From Octopus sinensis (lineage: Eukaryota), in assembly GCF_006345805.1 (NCBI RefSeq), contig NC_043014.1, forward strand, positions 22,506,001 to 22,570,000: a DNA stretch of 64,000 bases. Direction: 5' to 3'. Position numbers and translations under genes: made by a program. The notes below the pieces were generated by a model. The model worked only from the letters and a program-made list of their open reading frames with translations. It was not told where the DNA came from and searched no databases. Numbering within the stretch: the first letter of the stretch is position 1; every line of letters begins with the position of its first letter. Positions 1 to 9,407 of this stretch are shown piece after piece.

Positions 1-1194
1 ATTGTGTTCCACTACCTTTTTTTATCTTTGAGGCAGCTTCATCATCCCATTGTCCCAGAACTTGGCATCTTTCTGGGTCATGAACTGGTCTAATTAGTTT
101 TTACATTCTTTTCAAGAGTTGCAGTTCTTCTTGTTAAGATAATTTTGTAGGGATCAGAATAAATAATCTGAAGGTGCAAGGTCAAATGAGTATGGTGGGT
201 GGGGTAGGACATCCCATCCAAGCTGCACCAATTTCTGCCTGGTCTGCAAAGAAACATGCAGTCTAGTGTTGTCCTGATGGAAGATGACACTCTTTCTGTT
301 GGCTAATTTGTGACAGTTTTCAATAACTGCTTCTTTTAATTGGTCTAATTCAGTAATAGTCTGAATTTAACGTTTGATTTTTTGGAAGTAGCTCATAATA
401 CACAATGCCCTTCCAATCCCACCACATACAGAGCATCACATTCTTCGGATACAAACCAGCTTTTGGAGAGATTGAAGGTGATTCATCTCATTTTCCCCAG
501 GACCTTTTTTGTTTTATATTGTTGTAAATAATCCATTTCTCATTACACATGATCATTTTTTTCAAAAATGGATAATTTTTCACTCCATCTGAGCAGAAAC
601 TTGCAGATGGAAATGCGCTCTGTTAATTTTTTTCCATTAAGTTATGAGGCCCCCAAACATCATAGCGATCCACGTAACCAAGTGTTTTTAAATGCTTTAT
701 AATGCTTTATAAGTAAGATATGTGGAGAATCTCCACAATGTCTTGCATTGTGTGACAGATTATTTTTTATTAAAGTCACGGTTTGTTCTTCATCAATGAC
801 TGTAGGCCTGCCAGAACATTCACAATCTTCCAGGTCAAAATTTTCAGTTTTAAATCTAGCGAACCATTTTCGAACAGTACTCTCAGCTATGACACCATCT
901 CCATAAACAGCACATATCTTCTTTTCTGTTTGTACAGTGATTTTTACTTTCTGGAAAAAAAAAAAAAAAAAAAAAAATTTACAAAAAATGTATTTCATTT
1001 TCCTTCATTTTCAATTTCAATGTAAGAACAGTAGAAGTAAATAATCCACACAATATTCAAATAGAAAAATGTGCTGAGATCTCCTCTTTCAGAAAATCTA
1101 TATATGTCATATGTTCCTGTCATGTGATAAAATAGATCATATGATTAAACATCACCAACTGAAAAACACTACACTGTTTTTATCAATCCAATAT
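1..1194 (-). mobile_element. Degenerate, near full-length mariner (Tc1/mariner) transposon, cut by the window edge
   Basis: Minus-strand motifs: HTH region KKICAVYGDGVIAESTVRKWFARFK...SGRP (ORF 660-998), HQDNTRLH (~250-280), VLPHPPYSFDLAPSDYLF (~155-210), C-terminal KLPQR*KKVVEHN near position 1. Mariner-type end TATATTGGATTGATAAAAA at ~1177-1195. Several frameshifts and stops. Confidence 0.9.
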
Positions 1195-1269
1195 AGATTG
1201 TGTGCTTCATGCAGCCTTAAGGGTTTTAACTCTTATTTCTTGCAATGACAATTAAATGTTATATATCTG

Positions 1270-1445
1270 TGTGTGTGTGTCTTTGTGTCTGTGTTTGTCC
1301 CCCACTACTGCTTGACAACCTGCTTAGCAGTTTGGCAAAAGGGACTGATAGAATAAATACTAGGCTTAAAAAAAGTCCTGGAGTTGTTTGACTAAAATCC
1401 TTCTAGGCAGTTCCTAACACAGCCACAGTCTGAAACAAGTAAAAA
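1270..1445 (+). mobile_element. 3' half of the ~400-bp tRNA-derived SINE family
   Basis: Matches the 3' half of the full copy at 50134-50555 (gtgtttgtcccc...gcttgacaacc...gatagaataaatact...ctgaaacaagtaaaa). Confidence 0.75.
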
Positions 1446-1563
1446 GTTTAAAAAAAAGATAATTATATTCCAATTATAGAATAATGTTTTGTTGTCCTTC
1501 CTTGGTTTTTCTTGTTTTTATTTTGTTTTTGACTTAATGTTATTTTTTTTTCTCATTTAATAG

Positions 1564-1707
1564 ATTAAAACCATGCAAGATACTCTAGATTCTAAATTGG
1601 AACAAGAAAGAGCAAAATCTTTCGAAAATATACAGAATCTTCAAAAAAAATATAATGAAGAAATTGAGAGATTACAGTTAACTATCCCAGATTTGAATAT
1701 TGTGAAG
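1564..1707 (+). CDS. NEMO/optineurin-family protein, internal coding exon (1st visible; IKTMQDTLDSK...PDLNIVK, coiled coil)
   Basis: Polypyrimidine tract + taatag acceptor, aag|gtaata donor, 144 nt, phase 0-0, coiled-coil composition; splices in frame to 5279. Confidence 0.8.
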
Positions 1708-2269
1708 GTAATATTCTTGTTTGTGTGTATAAAGGATAGGATAGCCCCATACCAACTCTGTGGGATCAAACTTCTGATCAAAGGCATTCTAGCTGTAACC
1801 ATACTAACTTTTATTTCTAATACAGCGTATTTAGGATTATATTATCAAATGAGCCCTTCTACTTTTAAGACAACAGGATATGATTTAACTACTATTTTAG
1901 CTGATCAGATGTCCACATTGGAAGTTTCCTCTTTTATATTTTTTACTTTAGCTTAATCAAGAAGGGGCAGTGCCAACAAACCTTTGGAAGCCCTTTCAAA
2001 CAAGTGAGATTGATATAAAAGAGGTTCAGTTTAAATATCTGTTAAGTCAGTGTCTGTTGAGGAAAATGTTGTCTGAAATTGGAATTCCTGAGAATTTGAT
2101 GTTCTGTGAAGGAAGGATTTTGAAAATTAGTTAGTGTTGAGTCTGTGCTTGATGAAATACAGTAGAGGGTGATAAAAGAAAGACTGAGATTTGGGTGGAG
2201 ATGGTATGATGGTAGCTGAATGACCAACACAAATGATTGTTTATAGTGATTAAACGTGTGTGCTGTACA

Positions 2270-2455
2270 TTAGCTCCCTCCCTCCATCAAATTGACGTTG
2301 CTTGAACAGGTGCCTGGTATACCACATGTTGAGTGTTGAAGTGATCACAAAACAACATGAGATGAAGGTTTTGTTCAAGAACACAATGCACCACCTGGTC
2401 CAGGAATTCAAACCATGATCTTGTGATTGCATGTGCAACACTAGGCCATGTGCCC
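2270..2455 (-). mobile_element. tRNA-derived SINE, degenerate
   Basis: Minus strand: ggcacatggcctagtgttg...ggtttgaattcctggacc (A/B-box-like) followed by ttcttgaacaaaacc, similar to the SINE at 45921. Confidence 0.6.
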
Positions 2456-3058
2456 TTACGTAGATGATATACAAGTACCCTAATTTATTTACATTATTTA
2501 CATTTGACAGATATTTGTCCTCGTCTTGTCAAATATCTGTCAAATGTAAATAATGTACATAATTCCTCATCTCTTAAATATAGAAGTACCCTAATTGTAG
2601 GGAATGTTGTAGAGCCAAAATAAAGTCTGTTAAGCTGAGTACACGATGTGTTTTCGATTCTCTTCACTTACCTCTGAATTTAAGGATTCCTCTTTCTTTC
2701 TTTCTCTAAACTAATCGCATGTTCATACTTAGTTTAAATGAGCTCAACTCAATATTTTCCATTCAATTAAGGCAAGATATACTGCTGAATATCTTGGAAA
2801 AGTGTCTTACAGAATTTCATTGTGAATGAAATTGGGTGAACAAAAACTGTGTAGAAGCCCATTTGGTGCATTGTTCCTGTAATTTAAACGTCTGTTGCCA
2901 CACACTGCCATGTTGACAACCCTACAACTGAATATTCATGGTTGGAAATCTTGACTGAGATCTCCATAAATATAATATCAACTGTTATTTGAATAATATA
3001 TATATATATATATATATATCATCATCATCATTTAACATCTGCCTTCCATGCTGGCATT

Positions 3059-3090
<32 letters not shown>

Positions 3091-3206
3091 TATATATATA
3101 TAAGTGATAAATATTTTATATGATGACAATTCTGTAAGAATGGTCAAATATTATAATTGCTTATGTGTAAAATAACCTTCAAGTGCAAAGAATAGTTTGA
3201 GCTTTT

Positions 3207-4102
3207 GGATCTTTTCACTTTGACCGGCAGATTTTAAAAATAATTTCTTTGTAACTAAACACTTTTAAACTTCATATAGTGGTAGAATGTGTTACATAAA
3301 ACATCTTTTTCTCTTGGCTTTCTTGAGAAAATTCTGTAGTTTGTAAGCTATTTGTTGTTTCGGCAATTTCAACCAATCAATGACGTCTATTGAGGTGAAT
3401 ACAATTACTGCTGTTGTTTGTCAACAACAACTTCCTGCAGTGTCTATTTAGTTTGTCACTGTTATTTATGACATATTTCATATCAGTCACGTTCGTATGA
3501 ATAAAAGATTATCGTTATTAAACTTTTAATAAACACATATTCTAAGTTCACAACATATGCAGTTTTAATTTCCCTCTCTGTTGCACAGATACTCACATTA
3601 CATATTATATATTCATTTAAGAAACAGATGGAAATGCAATAAAATAGATCGATACTTGGTCGCCAGCACCGGATGCCACAACTTATATGAAACATTAAAC
3701 ATACATTATGAGGGCTAAACCAAGTAAAATGATTACGATATAGAGGACATTAGTAAATTATATATTTAACATTAAGGGTGTATATACCAAATTGAATATG
3801 TACTTAGTGTGTAACCCAGATTTTGGTGGGTGGGTGGGTGTCTAGTGTTTACAAGAAAGAAACAAGGAAAAGGAGACAAGGTTTGGGTGTTGAAATTTGT
3901 AAGCGTATAGTGATGTATAATACATTTTAATATATGAATAACTTAATGAATAAAGGGTATTAATGATGAGAAGCAATAATTAATAAATGAATGAAACAGT
4001 ATTACATATAACATTTCATGCATCCAACATAATATAAATTGAATTTATATACATCATAAATATTATTTATCTATTACATACAATAACTACACTGTATGAT
4101 GT

Positions 4103-4154
<52 letters not shown>

Positions 4155-5200
4155 TACATACATGTATTACATACAAATCTATTATTTATATTATACATAT
4201 CTATAAATGTATATTATATAATGATGCGAAAGATGCTGCAAATATAAACATTTTGTGGCCATAAACTGAGGGGTCACTCGTAAACAGAGCTGGATAACAA
4301 AACAGTTCCCTCATTTAGTGTCCACCCATAATGATAACCCTACAGTGATGGAGGGGTACAAAAAATAATGATAATCTTCTAGTTTTGTGTGCGTTTTTCT
4401 TTCAATTTTTTCCTAATACTTTTTTCTTTGTTGCTGTTATAAAATGAATTAACTACATATCTTTATATATAAAAGTGAAGTTGTGTGAGTGTCTGTCTCC
4501 TATGATTTAGATTCCTAACTACTCCCACATTTTGCGGTGCAGTTTAACCAAAACCGGGTATCTTATAGTCGTGATTCATATCGAGCCCTTCTGGGTATTA
4601 GTGTGCGTCTACGATGAGTCTACGATTTAAAAAAAATTTACCATCATTTTTTTCCATTTTAATGCATTTTTTCGCTATTATATAAGGGAAGTAACTCTCT
4701 AAAAATGTCTACGATGAGTCAACGATTTTAAAAAGAATTTACCATCATTTTTTTTTCCATTTTTAATGCTTTTTTTTGCTACTTTTTGGCTATAACTCAC
4801 TAAAAATGCTTATATAGTTATTTCCCTTACAAACCCGAGCAACGCCGGGTGATACTGCTAGTTTAATATATAAAGAACATAGATAATCTCAGGTCTGAGT
4901 ATCGATCCATTTTATAGCATTTCAATCTGTTTCTTAAATGAAGTATATACTGCAGGAAGTTCTTATTGAACTTGTTTAACAGCAGTAATTGTATTCACCT
5001 CAATAGACATCATTGATTGGTTGAAATTGCCAAAATACGAGAAATTAAACAAGAAATAGCTTACAAACTATAGAATTTTCTCAAGAACGCCAAGAGAAAA
5101 AGATGTTTTATGTGACACATTCTACCAGTATACGAAGTTTAAAAGTGTTTAGTTACAAAGAAATTATTTTTCAAATCTGCCGGTCAAAGTGAAAAGATCC
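3207..5200. mobile_element. Foldback/MITE-like DNA transposon, copy 1 (GGATC...GATCC ends, ~235-250-bp inverted arms)
   Basis: Inverted arms ~3207-3441 and ~4948-5200; perfect 8-bp TSD GAGCTTTT at 3199-3206 and 5201-5208. Confidence 0.9.
4460..4861 (+). mobile_element. Non-autonomous Helitron nested in foldback copy 1
   Basis: A|TC 5' end, CTAG|T 3' end, subterminal hairpin ccgagcaacgccggg just upstream of CTAG, no TSD. Confidence 0.8.
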
Positions 5201-5278
5201 GAGCTTTTCCAAAGCTTGCACTTTTGCAATAGGCATTACTTTCAATATTAATTTAGTTGTTGTTGTTATTTTTGCCAG

Positions 5279-5397
5279 TCAATGGCTGTTGATCAAGAAG
5301 CACTGAAGCGTCAAGTGATGATCTTGCTTGATGAAGCAAGAGAGAATAAAGAAGAGATTGCATCTTTGAGAGAAATCCAAGCAATTAAAACTGAACA
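5279..5397 (+). CDS. NEMO/optineurin-family protein, coding exon 2 of 7 visible (SMAVDQEALKRQ...AIKTEQ)
   Basis: tttgccag acceptor, ca|gtaagc donor, 119 nt, phase 0-2, open coiled-coil frame. Confidence 0.85.
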
Positions 5398-5782
5398 GTA
5401 AGCAGAACCTTAAAATATTTTCTTGTCCAGGCTGTCCAATCCCTCTTTTGTCCATTCTACAATTCTTGTGCAGTAGCATACCACACTTACAGTATTGATA
5501 CCTTTGATCAATTTTCGTCCCATTCACCTTGGATCCATTTAGTTTTTACACTCTTATGGTATATTCAAAAGAAATCTTCATTTCTTTTATATGTTCATCT
5601 TATATAATGTTGTACTCCATGGCTGTCTACTTTACATTCTCTCTTCAGTTCAAGAACAGCACATCTGGATGTTATACGTTATGTGAGAAAATTTGTTTGA
5701 TCTGAGTAAGGGAGTCCGATTGACCTCTGCTAACTCTGTAAAGCTTGAAGTCTCTTTTGCAGTTTATAACCAGCCTTCATCT

Positions 5783-6376
5783 TTAACCCTTTCGTTACCA
5801 AACTGCCCAAAGCCGCCCCCCAAAAATTTTGGTTAATGTGACCAAACCACCCAAAGCCGGCCGTATTTACCTATTCATATTTAAATGAGAATATCAGAGC
5901 AAATCTCTTTAGTACATTCGTGAAAACACGTGATTATACTTCGTAAACAGTTCATCTACAGTTTTGTACAACGATTGACGTGTAATTTTAATTCCCTGAA
6001 TTTTGGGAGATTTTTTTCCACATTTTTTTCGGCATCGATTTTTCTTCAACTTTGAAAATGGATAGGAGTTTCACAAACTTTCCAATTCGGAATCAATGCT
6101 TGATAAGCATTGATTCCGAATTGGAAAATTTGTGAAGCAAATACTGGGTACTGTTGTGAATTTAGTTTTTATACAGGGAAACTAATGTTAGTCAGCATGG
6201 TTTAGGGTATGATGTGGTCTGGAAGTTATTGTTTGAAGCGATCAATGCGGAAACAAACTTACGCAGAATGTAAACAAACACAAAATGGGGGTTCAAATTT
6301 CGGAAAATTTGTGAAGCAAATACTGGGTACTGCGTGGATTTAGTTTTTATACAGGGAAAATAATGTTAGTCAACAT
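5783..6376. mobile_element. piggyBac-like (TTAA|CCCTTT) non-autonomous element remnant, one end visible
   Basis: Begins ttaaccctttcgttacc. Contains an internal palindrome (6070-6136) and a ~75-bp direct repeat (~6123-6197 / ~6302-6376). No matching right end found. Confidence 0.45.
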
Positions 6377-6378
6377 TT

Positions 6379-6623
6379 ATCTTTGTGAAGAGTTATGTCA
6401 AAAAATAAAGTACCAGTACCCTGCTCCTCCAAAATTTCAGGCCTTGTGCCTATTGTAGAAAGGATTTATTATTATTTGGGCACAGAGCTGGCAGAATTGT
6501 TACCATGCTGGGCTAAATGCTTAGTGGTATTTTGCCCATAGCTATGTTCTGTGGGAACACTGGGGTCAATGTAATTGACCAGTCTTCTCCAAAATTTCAA
6601 GCCTTGTGCCTTTAGTAGGAAGG

Positions 6624-6655
<32 letters not shown>

Positions 6656-7258
6656 GAAGGTGGTGAACTGGCTGAATTATTAGCAGGCTGGATGAAATGC
6701 TTAGCAGTATTTCACCTGCCACTGTGTCCTGAGTTCAAATTCGGCTGAAGTTGACTTTGCCTTTCATCCTTTCGGGGTTGATAAATTAAGTACCAGTGAA
6801 ACACTGGGGTCAGTGTAATCAACTAGTCTCCTCCCTACAAATCTGAGGCCTTGTGCCTCTTGTAGAAAGGATTATTATTATTATTAAGGTGGAAAGCTGG
6901 CAGAATTGTTAGTATGCTGGGCAAAATGCTTAGCAGTATTTTATCTGATTTTGTGTTGAGTTCAAATTCCTCTGTCTTTCAGCCTTTCAGGGTCAATAAA
7001 ATAAGTACCAGTTGAGTACTGGGGTCGATGTAATCAACTTAACTAACCCCTCCCCCAAATTTGAAGCCTTGTGCCTATAATAGAAAAGATTATTATTATT
7101 ATTACATTCTGAATTCAAATTCTGCTGAGGTTATCTTTCATCCTTTCAGAGTTGATAAAATAAGTACCAGTTGAAGACTGAAGATGATATAATTGACTTA
7201 CCCCTACCTTGAAATAACTGGCCTTGTGCCAAAATTTGAAATTGTTATCGTTATTATT
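6379..7258 (+). mobile_element. Head-to-tail cluster of ~5 tRNA-derived SINE copies with (ATT)n tails
   Basis: Repeated units ctggcagaatt...aaatgcttag...gagttcaaattc...aagtaccag...ggccttgtgcc...gaaaggattattatt. Confidence 0.85.
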
Positions 7259-7282
7259 ACTACCACCTTTTTTTTACAATAG

Positions 7283-7435
7283 ATGCCAGCGACTTGATGA
7301 AGCCAATGTTCATCTTAGAATGGAGATGAAGACACGGCAGGAACAGGACACACAGCTAATAAACACTCTCCAATACTGTATACAAGATTTTGACAAGAAG
7401 TTAATAGCTGAACGAGAACATGTAAACATCAAACA
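7283..7435 (+). CDS. NEMO/optineurin-family protein, coding exon 3 (CQRLDEANVHL...AEREHVNIKQ)
   Basis: ttttacaatag acceptor. The donor ca|gtcagt at 7436 is the only nearby GT that gives the phase 2 needed for 25406; candidates at 7422 and 7440 are phase 0. The joined ER-x16-F spacing equals NEMO ERQAASEEKRKLAQLQVAY. Confidence 0.85.
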
Positions 7436-7519
7436 GTCAGTATAACCAATCAATCAATATATAAAATGTGTTAGCATTATAGTCATAAATTCAGTGTACA
7501 CATACACACACAAGCACCC

Positions 7520-8200
7520 ATATATATAAATTACATTCATATGTAAACAAACTTAAAATTTGTTTTTGAAGCACTGAAAGGTATTGTAGTACAAGTAGTA
7601 AGTATATTTTTTCAACGCGTAAAACCAGCCTGTTTAAAGAACTCTGATCCCTGCTAAAAAAGGACCACAGAATGAACTTAATCCTCCAAACGCACACCAT
7701 CATAAAAAGCAAGAGTCCGCCCAAATCTATGAAAAGTCTCCTAACACAAGCCCGAATACGCTCAACAACACAGAAGCCATCAGTAAAAAAATGCAGAAGA
7801 TACAACTGTGGGATATGCATCAATTTAATTGAGTTATCAGAGTTCTCTTTAAACATGGACAACATTTCACAGTGAAAAGCAACTTCACATGTGCTTCGGA
7901 GAACCTGATATATGCACTAACCTGCTCTGGGTGTCAAGAGCAATACATAGGCCAAACAAAAACCAGTCTATGTAAAAGAATGGCTCTGCACAGATCCCAG
8001 ATCAAAATTCTCCAAAACAGAAAAATAGCATTCAGCCGACACATAGACATTTGTGCCAATAACAAAAACCCAAGCTTCAGAATTTTTCCCCTCTACCAAT
8101 TCAGGGACGATACAACCTAGAGCCTACGAATTAGTAAAGAGACTCGCTTTATTACAAAATACAGACCCCTTTTGAACGTGATCCACCACAGGCTTAGAAT
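7520..8200 (+). mobile_element. Penelope-like element (PLE) 3' fragment with GIY-YIG endonuclease
   Basis: KKCRRYNCGIC linker, then FTCASENLIYALTCSGCQEQYIGQTKTSLCKRMALHRSQI (ORFs 7672-7875 and 7872-8120), frameshifted. Confidence 0.85.
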
Positions 8201-8354
8201 AACGCAAATCACACGCAAATATTGAAAATGATGCACTCAAGAGATTCCCAAGAATTCATTAAGAAACAGTCCCAATCACTGCTATAATCCATAACAAACC
8301 ACTTTTAGGTCACTTGACTATTTAACACCCTACTACTATCATACTACCTACATT

Positions 8355-8480
8355 CCTTCTTATTCTTCCTTCTCTTTCTTCTTTGTCTTCTTCTTCTTCT
8401 TCTTCTTCTTCTTCTTTGCCTTCTTCTTCTTTGCCTTCTTCTTCGCCTTCTTCTTCTTTGCCTTCTTCTTCTTCTTATCC
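8355..8480. repeat. (TTC)n/(TCTTCTTTGCCT)-type pyrimidine microsatellite
   Basis: Direct reading of the sequence. Confidence 0.9.
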
Positions 8481-8526
8481 TCCTCCTCCCCTCCCCATCC
8501 TCTTCCCCTGCTCCTCCAAGCTCCTA

Positions 8527-8554
8527 TTTATATATTTATATATGTGTGCATATA

Positions 8555-8597
<43 letters not shown>

Positions 8598-8616
8598 ATA
8601 TATATATATATACGTA

Positions 8617-8647
<31 letters not shown>

Positions 8648-8655
8648 TATATATG

Positions 8656-8689
<34 letters not shown>

Positions 8690-8690
8690 G

Positions 8691-8723
<33 letters not shown>

Positions 8724-9028
8724 GTATATATATGTATATATATATGTATATATATATATGTATATATATATATATGTATATATATTATATACATATATAT
8801 GTATATATATATGTATATATATATATGTATATATATATGTATATATATATGTATATATATATGTATATATATATATATATATATATGTATATTATATATA
8901 TATATATATGTATATATATATGTATATATATATTGTATATATATATTATATATATATATGTATATATATGTATATATATATATGTATATATATATTATAT
9001 ATGTATATATATAATGTATATATATATG

Positions 9029-9061
<33 letters not shown>

Positions 9062-9091
9062 GTATATATATATATGTATATATATATATTA

Positions 9092-9127
<36 letters not shown>

Positions 9128-9190
9128 GTATATATATATATATATGTATATATATATGTATATATATATATGCATATATATATGTATATA

Positions 9191-9255
<65 letters not shown>

Positions 9256-9283
9256 ATGTATATATATATGTATATATATATGT

Positions 9284-9325
<42 letters not shown>

Positions 9326-9341
9326 ATATGTATATATATAG

Positions 9342-9403
<62 letters not shown>

Positions 9404-9407
9404 ATAT
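8527..9407. repeat. (TA)n/(TATG) microsatellite tract
   Basis: Direct reading of the sequence. Confidence 0.97.

Noticed and set aside
1708-1956. Hydrophobic continuation of ORF 1573-1956 suggesting a membrane protein
   Set aside because: It is read-through into the intron past the aag|gtaata donor at 1708; the spliced frame continues at 5279.
6379-7258. Regularly spaced repeats resembling a CRISPR array
   Set aside because: Units are 150-230-bp diverged SINE copies in a eukaryotic intron, with no unique spacers and no cas genes.
7422-7445. Alternative donors for exon 3 at 7422 (gtaaac) and 7440 (gtataa)
   Set aside because: Both are phase 0 and do not join in frame to the acceptor at 25406; only 7436 restores the conserved spacing.
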